Position numbers and translations under genes: made by a program. Shown piece by piece: positions 1-9,871 of a DNA stretch of 64,000 bases. The notes under the pieces were generated by a model. It worked only from the letters and a program-made list of their open reading frames with translations, searched no databases and was not told the DNA's origin. Within the stretch, counting starts at the first letter, position 1; each line of letters begins with the position of its first letter. The DNA is from an uncultured bacterium (GTDB taxonomy: Bacteria > CSSED10-310 > CAZUFC01), in contig CAZUFC010000014.1 of assembly GCA_964619725.1 (NCBI GenBank), positions 32,001 through 96,000 of the forward strand. The letters run 5' to 3'.

Positions 1-645
1 AAAGAAAACAATGATGTGCGTTTTCCTGATCCTCATGGAGTTCGATTTTAAAATCGGCCGTATCATCACCATGGATGCGCCGGTCGTTCCGATCCAGGAG
101 GCGAATATGGTCCCGATGAACAGAAGAATGACGTTGTTGAGGGGAGTTCCTTTTATGTCGCCTTTGATCAGGATGCCGCCTGCTACTGTAAAAAGAGCCC
201 ACAACAACACTATGAAAGGAATATAATCAACAAGGTAAATATGTAGAATTTCATGAACGCCCGTCCCCTTGTAAACCAAAACGAACGGCACAGCAAAAAC
301 CAGCGCCCAGAATGCCGAAACTTTCGGAAAATGATGATGCCACCACTTCGGCTTGAACAGAGGAAACAACGCTATCGACAGCAGTATCCCTAAAAACGGC
401 AGGCCCGTCCATAAAGGCAATTCCGACCCCAGGTTATGATGCCCTCCATGTCCTTCATCATGCTCCTGTTCAGACCCTCCGGCAGCCCCCTCTGCTTGCG
501 GCTCTCCCTCCATAGTCGCCTCAGCCGGCGCTGTCCCGTGATGCGCACCAGGCTCTTCAGCGTGAATTCCTGCCGACGCTGAAAAAAGAAAAACCGCTAT
601 GGCTGCGAACATCACCCCGTCTCTCCATTTCACAGGTCTCAGCAT
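1..645 (-). CDS. Sodium:proton antiporter / CitMHS_2-like ion transporter (runs off the window start)
   Basis: Not in ORF track. Hand translation from ATG 645 (AAAGGAG upstream): signal-like N-terminus, His/Glu-rich linker, LLSIALFPLFKPKWWHHHF, DYIPFIVLLWALFTVAGGI, ASWIGTTGASMVMIRP; open to position 1. Confidence 0.8.
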   Translation of the reverse strand, partial: MLRPVKWRDGVMFAAIAVFLFSASAGIHAEEPGAHHGTAPAEATMEGEPQAEGAAGGSEQEHDEGHGGHHNLGSELPLWTGLPFLGILLSIALFPLFKPKWWHHHFPKVSAFWALVFAVPFVLVYKGTGVHEILHIYLVDYIPFIVLLWALFTVAGGILIKGDIKGTPLNNVILLFIGTIFASWIGTTGASMVMIRPILKSNSMRIRKTHIIVFF

Positions 646-927
646 TTCATATCTCCTTTAAAAGTGTAAAAATCACAAATCTGGAAAATTCCATTGAAAA
701 TATAAAAATAATTTGACATTCCTTACTCTCCCCTCACCTTCAGTAAAATTCAGCCTCGACGTTTACCGTTTCTTCAGGGTCGGTTTTCGACGAAAGCTCT
801 CACCCCGCATTTTTCGATCCGAACCCCAAATCAAACCGGAATCTCCCTCATAACATATTACATATTATCAATCAAGCCTTTAATGTTCCAGCCGACGCTT
901 TCCTTCACTCACTCGCTCCGGCCCTGT

Positions 928-986
928 TCAGCGCCTGTCCAGCATCGAAATTTGAATCGGATATCGAATTGAGGGACAGGCGCTGA
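928..986. repeat. 13-bp perfect inverted repeat TCAGCGCCTGTCC / GGACAGGCGCTGA (REP-like)
   Basis: Arms at 928-940 and 974-986; 11-nt core AGCGCCTGTCC recurs at 49006-49016. Confidence 0.7.
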
Positions 987-1013
987 TTAAAAAAAAATAC
1001 GGCTTGTTTTTTC

Positions 1014-1042
1014 TTGATATCCTGAGACAATATTGTTAACAT
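1014..1042 (+). promoter_or_regulatory. Putative sigma70 promoter of the response regulator
   Basis: TTGATA (1014-1019), 17 nt, TAACAT (1037-1042) with TG extended -10. Confidence 0.45.
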
Positions 1043-1065
1043 TTTAATAGAAGTATGGAGGGATA

Positions 1066-1812
1066 ATGATGGTCAGAGTTTTACTCGTGGAAGATAATCA
1101 AATTGACGCTTTTATTTTTGAATCGACATTGGCGAGATCAGGCGAATTCGAAATTACGGTGGAAAGCCGGGGCGAAGATGCATTGGCGCTGCTGACAAAA
1201 GAAAATTTCGATATTATCGTTCTTGATCATTATCTTCCCGGTATGGGCGGACTTACGATCCTGAAAGACCTGAAAAGACGAGGGATACAAACGCCCGTAG
1301 TTTATCTGACAGGTGTCGGCAGCGAAGATGTAGCGGTTGAAGCGCTTAAGCTGGGGGCTTTTGAGTATCTCAATAAGGATAAAATCCAGGAAGATACATT
1401 GATCAATGTTCTGCAAAGGACTCTGAAAGAGAGCGGGAAGTCTTTGACCAAAGATGCCGAAAGATATTATGAGACAGGTGAAAACAAGCTGAGAGAATTG
1501 TCTGTATTTTTTGATGCTGGCAAAACCGGGGAAGCCGTTTTATCCAAATCATTGCGACAGGAATGGATCGACTTGATGGAAAACTCCTCCAAATCTGTAC
1601 TGACGATGGCTGAAAAGGATAAACAGTTAAAAGAATTCTACGACAAACTCCCCAAAAACAATGATTTTTTATCTGACTTGCTGAAATCTTCCATCGAGTA
1701 TCTGAGGAGCGAAAATGTAACTTCAAGCTCAGTCAATCCGCTTCATTTGATATTGAACATCTATCAGTCTCTCCTTCACATCTTTATAATACACCACAAC
1801 CAAAGCCGATAA
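1066..1812 (+). CDS. Response regulator (receiver domain + uncharacterised helical C-terminus)
   Basis: VLLVEDN, IVLDHYLPGMGGL, YLTG, GAFEYLNK receiver motifs; GGAGG RBS. Confidence 0.85.
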   Translation: MMVRVLLVEDNQIDAFIFESTLARSGEFEITVESRGEDALALLTKENFDIIVLDHYLPGMGGLTILKDLKRRGIQTPVVYLTGVGSEDVAVEALKLGAFEYLNKDKIQEDTLINVLQRTLKESGKSLTKDAERYYETGENKLRELSVFFDAGKTGEAVLSKSLRQEWIDLMENSSKSVLTMAEKDKQLKEFYDKLPKNNDFLSDLLKSSIEYLRSENVTSSSVNPLHLILNIYQSLLHIFIIHHNQSR

Positions 1813-1960
1813 GAAATTCCGTCATAAGACCGCAAAAAAAACGTTCGTCGCTACGGGAAATTGTGACTCCCACTTGATCAAACCCTCAAATTTTTTTAGG
1901 ATTTATGCTTGAAGCAGGGAAGGTTTGAGGATTGAAGAGGAGAAATAAATTAAAGGATCA

Positions 1961-2551
1961 ATGACCATGAGCAAAGGCGGTTTAATAAATAACTTTGTAA
2001 AGCGGGCCCCGGTAAAAAAAGAGGGACGATTTTACAAGGGGCCTATAGCGGGAATCTTTGGATTCACTTTGATAGAGATACTGGTGGGCCTGGCGATTTT
2101 CGTTCTGGTTATGTCGATAGCTTTCAGCATGATCCAGCAGTGCAAAAAGAGAAGCCGTCGGCAAATATCACGGATTGATCTGAAATGCCAGGCAGAAGAA
2201 ATATTCGATATAATGGAGGCTGATGTAAGTCGTTGCAACCGAATATTGGAAGACTACGGACACTTTGTGACCGACCCGAATGAAACGGTATTAAGCGACG
2301 CCAGCACTAATCCTGCAACGATAATAGTATTCTCTCTGACTCCGAAAGGGCTTATTAAAAACACATTTTTCGGCGATCAGCATTCTTTGACGCCGTTAGC
2401 GGAAAATGTGGATACCTTTGAAATCGAATATAGTCCGATGCCGATAACGGCTTCAAAGGTTATGACCGTCCGTCTCGTTCTTTACAATCCTGCTCCCGGG
2501 AAAGATAAAGTAAGCTGTTTAAAAGTGTTTGCCGTCGGTTCCGCCCTTTGA
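1961..2551 (+). CDS. Prepilin-type N-terminal cleavage/methylation domain protein (minor pilin/pseudopilin)
   Basis: G-FTLIEILVGLAIFVLV class III signal peptide. Confidence 0.8.
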   Translation: MTMSKGGLINNFVKRAPVKKEGRFYKGPIAGIFGFTLIEILVGLAIFVLVMSIAFSMIQQCKKRSRRQISRIDLKCQAEEIFDIMEADVSRCNRILEDYGHFVTDPNETVLSDASTNPATIIVFSLTPKGLIKNTFFGDQHSLTPLAENVDTFEIEYSPMPITASKVMTVRLVLYNPAPGKDKVSCLKVFAVGSAL

Positions 2552-2584
2552 ATTCCTGCATCCGGGCAATAAGCGCACCCGATA

Positions 2585-2677
2585 TTTCGATTGCGATACC
2601 GATACCGACCCCGATTACAGAAACAAACTATCGAAAGTTTTGATAGAAGCGCAACCCCTGTTTGATCAGTCCCGAAT
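2585..2677 (-). repeat. Dispersed intergenic element family A, copy 1
   Basis: Reverse complement reads TTCGGGACTGATCAAACAGGGGTTGCGCTTCTATCAAAAC...GGGGTCGGTATCGGTATCGCAATCGAAA, matching 6874-6970 and 29078-29172. Confidence 0.85.
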
Positions 2678-2741
2678 TTACTCGTCTCGAATTATTTGAC
2701 GGACCACATGATTGTCCATGCTGCCGAAAACCTGAACGATA

Positions 2742-2913
2742 TGCGATTGACGGTAATGTCGACCCTCTTATTCGTGAGATTCGCGAGATTCGTGGTTTTC
2801 ATTATTTCTACATCAACTTCAACATCGTCATCCGCTTTTACCGCAGGCATTAACGAAACTGTATCGTAATCTTTCTTGCATCAATCCGTGTTATTCCTGA
2901 TGTTCGCGATACC
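2742..2913 (+). repeat. Dispersed intergenic element family B, copy 1 (~170 bp)
   Basis: TGCGATTGACGGTAATGTCGACCCTCTTATTCGTGAGATTCGCGAGATTCGTGGTT... imperfectly repeated at 3125-3289. Confidence 0.85.
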
Positions 2914-3124
2914 TTAATGAACCTATTTTGATTCATTATTAGCATTGGTTTGACTGTGGTTTCGGGCTTTTCGAAAACGTCCGGGAAGCAGGTTTTCATC
3001 CAGGTTGGTTGAGACTTATCCGCGTGATCGGATTTTGACCACGCAGCGGAAAGCGGCAGGATGTCGCTTCTACTTTTCCTTCGTTCTTTGAGGATGATTG
3101 TTCTGTTACAGTTATCTCATGTTG

Positions 3125-3289
3125 TGCGATTGACGGCAATATCGACCCTCTTATTCGTGTGATTCGCGTGATTCGTGGTTTCAATATTTCAACTTCAACG
3201 TCGTCATCCGCGTTTACCGCAAGCCTTAATGAATCTGTATCGCATTCCTTCCTGCATCAAACCTTGTTATCTGTTTGATTTGCGGTACG
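3125..3289 (+). repeat. Dispersed intergenic element family B, copy 2
   Basis: TGCGATTGACGGCAATATCGACCCTCTTATTCGTGTGATTCGCGTGATTCGTGGTT...CAACTTCAACGTCGTCATCCGC...GCATCAA aligns with 2742-2913. Confidence 0.85.
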
Positions 3290-3458
3290 AAATCTTGAAT
3301 GCCCCCGGCTTAACGAAACGACCAGCCGGGTTTTCCTGATTGTTCCTGTTTTTTACCGGTCCCTTCGAGATCGAATATCAGATTCTTCTTCACGAAAATG
3401 GAATTTACTGCAAAAAAAAATTGTGCTATAAGAATTCTCCGGTTGTGGGAGGATCGCA

Positions 3459-4418
3459 TTGGGACTGAGCATTTTTCTATTGATATTCGGTTTCTTCGCG
3501 CTTTATTTAGGCGCTGAGGGTCTTGTCAGGGGAAGTTCAAAAACGGCCCGAATATTCGGAATTCGTCCGGTGATAATAGGCGCGACTATTGTGGCCTATG
3601 GAACTTCCATGCCTGAATTTGTGGTAAGCGTAGTGGCCAGCGCCAAAGGGACGAGCGACATAGCGCTGGGCAACGTAATCGGCAGCAATATTTTCAACAT
3701 CGCCCTGGTGCTTGGATTATCAACTATTTTCACGCGGTTGATCGTCGATCCGTTGCTGATTCGACGCGAACTGCCCTTCATGCTGGGCGGCACTGTCGCC
3801 ATTTGCCTGATGTCGCTTAACGGGACAATCGGAAGAATCGATGGAATCATACTCTGGGCGGCGCTTATAGCCTTTTCTTATGTGATGATCGTTAAAATAA
3901 AAAAGGAGAGGAAAGCGGCCAACCTGGAGCGCATCGAGAAACAAATGGAAAAACCGGAGAAAAATTTTAAACTGATTTTAATCAATGCCGTGTTAATCAT
4001 TTTCGGCAGCATCGGCTTGGTATCCGGAGCGGAATATCTTGTGAGCGCCGTCATTTATTTCGGGAACTATTTTAATATCAGTCCCCGCATCATCGGCATC
4101 ACGGTCGTGGCGACCGGGACTTCGCTTCCGGAACTGGCCGCCTCTATCGTAAGCGCTTTTCATAAGGAGGCCGATCTTTGCATCGGCAATATCATAGGCA
4201 GCAATATTTTCAATATCATGATGGTCGTCAGCACGGCCGGCCTGGTAAGACCCTTTCCGGTCAACGTACAGAATTTATGGGTGGAATATTTCTTCCTTCT
4301 GGCTTATTCATTCGCCCTCTATCCGATTTTAAAATCTAAAAATTACATTCCCACCCTTTACGGCGTGCTTTTTGTCCTGGGATATCCCGTATTCGTCCTG
4401 ATGTTGTTCCTGAAATAA
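3459..4418 (+). CDS. Calcium/sodium antiporter (YrbG, CaCA family)
   Basis: Two alpha repeats: GTSMPE...GNVIGSNIFN and GTSLPE...GNIIGSNIFN; TTG start with GGAGG RBS. Confidence 0.92.
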   Translation: MGLSIFLLIFGFFALYLGAEGLVRGSSKTARIFGIRPVIIGATIVAYGTSMPEFVVSVVASAKGTSDIALGNVIGSNIFNIALVLGLSTIFTRLIVDPLLIRRELPFMLGGTVAICLMSLNGTIGRIDGIILWAALIAFSYVMIVKIKKERKAANLERIEKQMEKPEKNFKLILINAVLIIFGSIGLVSGAEYLVSAVIYFGNYFNISPRIIGITVVATGTSLPELAASIVSAFHKEADLCIGNIIGSNIFNIMMVVSTAGLVRPFPVNVQNLWVEYFFLLAYSFALYPILKSKNYIPTLYGVLFVLGYPVFVLMLFLK

Positions 4419-4651
4419 TTGCAAAAAATATCCGATGTTGCTTTATACTATGGAACATTTTCCATTTTCGATTAAATTCGCGGGCCCGCGAGCAGGGAGT
4501 TTTTAATTTGAGAAGACGGATCACACAGCAGCAAGCAGAAAAGCACAGGATTTTTTCTTCTTCTATGAAGCCTGACTTTTACATTCGTTCTGCGACAATA
4601 GATTTTCTTTCGTTTAACCCCAATTGCCGGAAAGTGGTTTGACGAACCCTG

Positions 4652-6841
4652 ATGATGGTCATAGTCAAGGATATTTCAGCTTTTCCGGTTCTGTTAATAG
4701 AGCTGTTTTTTTTCTGGCGTTCAGGAAGTCTCATTGCCGAAGCTCTTTTCAAAGAGTGGCCGATTCGCCGGAAAATTCCGGCAGCCTTTGTTTTTTCTCT
4801 CGTTTTATCGGCGCTTCTGGTTATTCTGACAGGGAACCTCGGAATATTGACTCCAATTTCGATCCTTGCGTTCGCCGGCGCGTCTTTTTTATTGGTCAGG
4901 CATATTACCGGCAAAATTCGTCGGACCGAATCAGCTTCCAAACGCACCCCCATCAGCATCAGGAATAAATCAGGAGAATCATCGAGTATCGTTTCTCCGG
5001 GAAACGGCTCCTTATTTCATTCCAGACTTCCCGATATACAGGCGCTTTTTTTCATCGCTTTCATATCTCTGATAATTATATCCGCCCTGGCGGAAAGAAT
5101 GGATGACGGGCCCGGAGGTTGGGATGCCTTTACATATCATCTCGAATTTCCGGCGTTCTGGCTGCAAAGCCGGCATTTCGAGAATCCCATTCAGCATTGC
5201 GGCGATCAAGGGCCGCCTTTTTATCCCATGAATGGAGAAATATGGACTTTTTTGCTTATGGCGCCTTTCGGAGACGATTTTGCGGCCCGTTTCGTTCAAC
5301 TGCCCTTTCTCCTTATCGCTCTCATGTGCCTCTACAATATCGCAGAATTAATCGAAATTCCCCATAAATCAAGGCTGTTCGTCGTGTTTATTTTCGCTCT
5401 CACTCCAATGGTTCCCGGTATGACGACGATTGCTTTCAACGATCTTATACTTGCCTCTTTATTCTGTCTCGCATTTTTCTGGATACTGATGTCATGGAAA
5501 TATCCTTCTTTCCCTTCTGTTTTAACCGCAGGGCTTGCCCTGGGGCTCTTTCTCGGAACAAAATATAATGCTCTCCTGTATTCTCTGCCTTTGATGGTTA
5601 TTCTGACAGCCGTCATTATATTTAAATGCCGCTCCAGATTAAAAAGCGCCATTGTCGTCTGTCTGGCGGTCATTACGGGCGGAGGTTTTACATACTTACG
5701 AAACTGGATTATAACCGGCGATCCTGTGTATCCCGTTCATCTGGAATTATTCGGTAAGGTTTTACTTGAAGGCATCTACAGCGTCAATTTATTCGATTCA
5801 TACGGGTTCCATCAAATTGATTTCGACGTTCTTTTTTTCGGTGCGCCTGCTTTTGAAACGGTGGGACATCAAGTCGCCTGGCTGCTTATCCCGGTCCTGC
5901 CCTTTGCGTTCATCGCAGCGGCCTTTAAGGCGATGAGAAACAGGAAAGGGCTGCCGTTACTCGTTATCCCAATGCCGTTGATCCTTTTTGCTCTTTTTTA
6001 CTTCAAAATGCCTTATCGCTATCATCCCCGATTCATACTGCCCGCCATAGCGATTGCAGCCCTCAGCCCCGTCTATCTTTTTCACAGCCTCCCTCGATTT
6101 CCGGCTTCAGCCCTTCTCACCCTGATCTGCACAATCATTATCCTGATTAATCCGTTTCCGTTATTCGCAAACAAGGCCGTTATCCTGATGATATGCCTTC
6201 CTGCAGCCGTCATCCTTTATTTTACACCCTATTTTCCCGTCACTCTCAACAAACCTCTTTTGACTGCTCAAACATTCATAAAAAAGTGGAAAAAAATACT
6301 CGTCGCAACCATCTTAATCCTGAGCGCGGGATTCGGTCCTGTTCTGCTTTCACGCTACCGCGACGGAAAATGGGACCACCTCGAAGGAGAATTCGGCCAC
6401 GCCGCTCGTTGGCTGTACGAAAATTCACGTAGCGAATCGTTCAAAATTGCCTATTCCGGCACGAACGGGCCATATCCCTTCCGCGGTTTCCGCTTGAACA
6501 ACCCTCTTTACTTTGTTCCGCGCAACAAGACCATCGATTCCCATATCTACGGCTTCGGACGCTCTTTTGAAAATCCCGGAGAACCTCAAAATAAATCAGC
6601 CTGGTTGAAGAATCTCAAAAAAATGCGTATTCAACGACTGCTGACCGCATCCGAAATAAAAGGAACTTTTCCCGCCGAAGATAAATGGGCTGATGAACAG
6701 GGTTTTCTGAGGGTCTATTCCTCACATCACTACCACATTTACGATTGTACATCTTATTCCGAAAATGCTCTTCAATCAGGGGAAAACGACAGAGACGACA
6801 AAACCAGACCCAGGCAAATCATAAGATTGAAAGAGAAATGA
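4652..6841 (+). CDS. Polytopic membrane glycosyltransferase, GT-C (ArnT/PMT-like)
   Basis: Many TM segments; WDAFTYHL, FYPMNGE, NDLILA, GTKYN, YLRNWIITGDPVYP motifs. Confidence 0.7.
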   Translation: MMVIVKDISAFPVLLIELFFFWRSGSLIAEALFKEWPIRRKIPAAFVFSLVLSALLVILTGNLGILTPISILAFAGASFLLVRHITGKIRRTESASKRTPISIRNKSGESSSIVSPGNGSLFHSRLPDIQALFFIAFISLIIISALAERMDDGPGGWDAFTYHLEFPAFWLQSRHFENPIQHCGDQGPPFYPMNGEIWTFLLMAPFGDDFAARFVQLPFLLIALMCLYNIAELIEIPHKSRLFVVFIFALTPMVPGMTTIAFNDLILASLFCLAFFWILMSWKYPSFPSVLTAGLALGLFLGTKYNALLYSLPLMVILTAVIIFKCRSRLKSAIVVCLAVITGGGFTYLRNWIITGDPVYPVHLELFGKVLLEGIYSVNLFDSYGFHQIDFDVLFFGAPAFETVGHQVAWLLIPVLPFAFIAAAFKAMRNRKGLPLLVIPMPLILFALFYFKMPYRYHPRFILPAIAIAALSPVYLFHSLPRFPASALLTLICTIIILINPFPLFANKAVILMICLPAAVILYFTPYFPVTLNKPLLTAQTFIKKWKKILVATILILSAGFGPVLLSRYRDGKWDHLEGEFGHAARWLYENSRSESFKIAYSGTNGPYPFRGFRLNNPLYFVPRNKTIDSHIYGFGRSFENPGEPQNKSAWLKNLKKMRIQRLLTASEIKGTFPAEDKWADEQGFLRVYSSHHYHIYDCTSYSENALQSGENDRDDKTRPRQIIRLKEK

Positions 6842-6873
6842 CAAACCCGGGTGAGACTGAAAAGAGGGTTATT

Positions 6874-7078
6874 TTCGGGACTGATCAAGCCGGGGTTGCA
6901 CTTTTTTCAAAACGCTTGACAGTTTGTTTCGGGGTCGGTATCGGTATCGGGTTCGGGATCGAAACAAAATAATTAAAGGAAAATATGTCTTGTCCGGATA
7001 CTATTTTTAAAGCTTCTTAATTATTCAAGACCGCAAAAATTGTAAACTCAAAAGACGCATTTTTGATCAATACCTCAT
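6874..7078 (+). repeat. Dispersed intergenic element family A, copy 2 (with downstream palindromic block)
   Basis: TTCGGGACTGATCAAGCCGGGGTTGCACTTTTTTCAAAACGCTTGACAGTTTGTTTCGGGGTCGGTATCGGTATCGG; then CTCAAAAGACGCATTTTTGATCAATACC, shared with 29198-29226. Confidence 0.8.
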
Positions 7079-7167
7079 TTACAATTTGACAATGCCATTT
7101 TCCACGGATAACGCGCATGCACAGTGATAAGACGAAAGTAATTCTATAATTCGGTCATTACTTTATT

Positions 7168-9768
7168 TCAGGTCTTTTTTTCTTCTTCTATTTCCTGTTT
7201 CCAGAGTCGGATCAGCTTTTTCAGTTCGGTCTGCGCAGGTTGAACAGCGAGAGATTCTTCCAGGTATTCCAGAGCTTCCTGTTTTCGATCCAGCGAATGA
7301 AGTATCAGGGCCGTCGAATTCAGAATTCTGAACAGCTTGGGATTAATATTGAGGGCTTTTTTGTAATATTCCAAGGCTTTTTCGAGTTCGCCTCTTCTCT
7401 GATAGATTGATGCGGCTCGAATCCACGCAGAAGCGTAATCCGGATTCCTTTCCATAGCGTCCTCAAAGAGGCTTAAAGCCTGATCGAATTTTTCTTCTTT
7501 CAACCTCAGGAGGGCCAGATTATGGTAAGCTTCTGCGAAATCCGGGTTCGCTTTGACGGCATTTCTGTAAGCTTCCTCCGCTTCGTCTATCAGCTCCTGT
7601 CTATCTTTGACTATGCCCAGGTTATTGTGAGCTTCCGCGTAGTAAGGATTCAACTCAATAGCCTGCCTGAATTTTTTTTCAGCGTTTCTGAGATCGCCCA
7701 GTTGCAGGAGAAAAGTGCCGTAATTATTGTGAACGAAAGGATTGTCCGCCTGAACTTCAATGGCTTCTTCATAGTAACGGCGGGCATCTTTTTCCTTGTT
7801 GAGCTGTCCGTACAACAATCCGAGATTGTTGTAAGGACCGATGAAGTCCGGATCGGCTTCAATGGCTTTCAGATAGTAAGTCTCCGCTGTATCCAATTTT
7901 CCCTGGCTTTTCGCTATATTGCCGAGAGAATTAAGGGCATCAGCCATCATGGGATCGGCTTTGAGCGCTTCGAGGAATTCCTTTTCCGCCTTGTCCAACT
8001 GGTTCAGATTCATGTATAACTTTGCCAGCGTCGAATGGACTTGTGCAGACCGGGGATTCAATTCCAGCAATTCTTTCAGCTTTTCTTCCGCCTTTACGGC
8101 CTGACCCCTCATCTGCAAAATATCGGCTTCAAGCAGTCTCAGGTATTCCGATTCAGGGTCCATTTCCAGCGCCTTGCTTATCAGCTCTTCCGCCTTTTTG
8201 ACTCTGCCTTCTCTGATGTATATGGAGGCCAGGTTCGCCAGAGCGGGCACAGAATTCGGGTTATCTTCCAACGCGGATTCGAATTGATCTTTGGCTTTTT
8301 GAATTTCGCCTTTTCCCATGAGGGCCGTTCCCAGGTTTATCTGGGAAGCGGGCGTTTCGGAGTCCACATAGCCGAGATTGGCGAGTTTATCCATAATTTG
8401 CCCGTCAAGCGAAGACGCGACCGGTTCTGTTTCGCCTATTCCCTCGACATCAACAGGCTCTGCAGCCTTTTTAGGCAATTGTGCCAGATATTGCTGCTTA
8501 AAAGCATCCCGGAGAACCTCGCCTTCCATATTGGCGGGTATGGGAAGATTCATCATGGCGAGTAAGGTTGGAGCGATATCCATGGCTCCGACGACTCCTA
8601 TGTCCCGGTTCTTTTTAACGCCGTCGCCGTCCACGAGGACAATGCCGAATTTTCTATGCCAGTCCGCGGCAGGCCCTATGCCGATTCTCGGATCGGTAAT
8701 GGGTCTGTCGTCTCCGAATTTGAAACCATGGTCCGAACAGAGCATCACTTTCCTTTTGCCGTCGTTTATGCTCAGCAGCTCACCCAATAACTCATCGTGA
8801 TAAATATAATAATTTTCGATGGTTTCGCCGTATCGCCGAACCTCTTCTTCTGAAACTCCCTCCATAGCCGGAGGCCTGTAACGGGCGAAGAGATGACATA
8901 TCGTATCCGTACCTTCGAAATACAAACAGAAAAACTGCGGCGAATACTTCGCCAGCAGGTACCGGGCCATTTCATAATAAGTTATTGTGGATGAAAGAAT
9001 GCCTTTAAAATCATCCACAGTCCTGAACAAACCCGGATCACGCATAGCGCCGGCATAAAAATCTTCCTCTTTCAGGTCCCAGAATCGTGTAGTATCCTTG
9101 TGTCTTATCCCCGCTCGCGAACTCTTGAAATTGCCCAGCTCATCATACAGCAGCTCTGGAAAAACCTTACGCGATTCTTCCTCCTCTATCGTATCATAAC
9201 GGAACAACTGATAAGCTACCCTGTCGGAAACCATCGCACCCTTGACCCGCTCCGCAGGCCACGTTCCCCAGAATCCGACGAATATGGAACTCAGATCGCT
9301 CTCGGAAAGAATATTCCATAAAGCCGGCGCCTGACGAATGTTCGACGTTATCGGTATCCGGTTGCCGCTGACTCGACTGGCTACCCAAAAATCAAGTATC
9401 CCGTGATGCTCCGGCGATACTCCCGTCGCCATACTCGTCCATACCACCGGTGATAATGCCGGTGGTATCGTTTTCAACAATCCCCAGCTTCCCTGGTTCT
9501 TCAGAGCATTGAAATGAGGCATCCGCCCCTGCTCCATCAAGGGGTCCAACAAATTCCAGTCTGCAGCATCCCAGCCTATCCATAAAACCCCCTCAAAGCG
9601 CTGCAACATTGACCCCGACTGAAAAACCTCCGATCCTCCCCTTTCATCAATCTCGCTCTTTGCGTTTTCAAACTCCTCCAACACAAAAGGAGATAACTTG
9701 AAAACAGCGTAAGCTGCGGCAAAACCGAACAGGAATCCCAGTATTATGCCTTTTATACGAAAATTCAT
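7168..9768 (-). CDS. Alkaline phosphatase superfamily (type I phosphodiesterase-like) protein with C-terminal TPR array
   Basis: N-terminal anchor; IGWDAADW, LSPVVWTSMATG, SDHGF, LANLGY; about 11 TPR repeats. Confidence 0.85.
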   Translation of the reverse strand: MNFRIKGIILGFLFGFAAAYAVFKLSPFVLEEFENAKSEIDERGGSEVFQSGSMLQRFEGVLWIGWDAADWNLLDPLMEQGRMPHFNALKNQGSWGLLKTIPPALSPVVWTSMATGVSPEHHGILDFWVASRVSGNRIPITSNIRQAPALWNILSESDLSSIFVGFWGTWPAERVKGAMVSDRVAYQLFRYDTIEEEESRKVFPELLYDELGNFKSSRAGIRHKDTTRFWDLKEEDFYAGAMRDPGLFRTVDDFKGILSSTITYYEMARYLLAKYSPQFFCLYFEGTDTICHLFARYRPPAMEGVSEEEVRRYGETIENYYIYHDELLGELLSINDGKRKVMLCSDHGFKFGDDRPITDPRIGIGPAADWHRKFGIVLVDGDGVKKNRDIGVVGAMDIAPTLLAMMNLPIPANMEGEVLRDAFKQQYLAQLPKKAAEPVDVEGIGETEPVASSLDGQIMDKLANLGYVDSETPASQINLGTALMGKGEIQKAKDQFESALEDNPNSVPALANLASIYIREGRVKKAEELISKALEMDPESEYLRLLEADILQMRGQAVKAEEKLKELLELNPRSAQVHSTLAKLYMNLNQLDKAEKEFLEALKADPMMADALNSLGNIAKSQGKLDTAETYYLKAIEADPDFIGPYNNLGLLYGQLNKEKDARRYYEEAIEVQADNPFVHNNYGTFLLQLGDLRNAEKKFRQAIELNPYYAEAHNNLGIVKDRQELIDEAEEAYRNAVKANPDFAEAYHNLALLRLKEEKFDQALSLFEDAMERNPDYASAWIRAASIYQRRGELEKALEYYKKALNINPKLFRILNSTALILHSLDRKQEALEYLEESLAVQPAQTELKKLIRLWKQEIEEEKKT

Positions 9769-9871
9769 CTATCCGTCCGGATTCCTCTCCTTTCCCACAT
9801 CATCTCTTTTTTGATTTTTATTTCTCCTTATCAAAATTCAGCGCCTCTATCTTTCGTTCTATTCCGCCTCT

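Noticed and set aside
2580-3300. CRISPR array
   Set aside because: Repeats are long, degenerate and irregularly spaced, with no constant repeat-spacer period and no cas genes.
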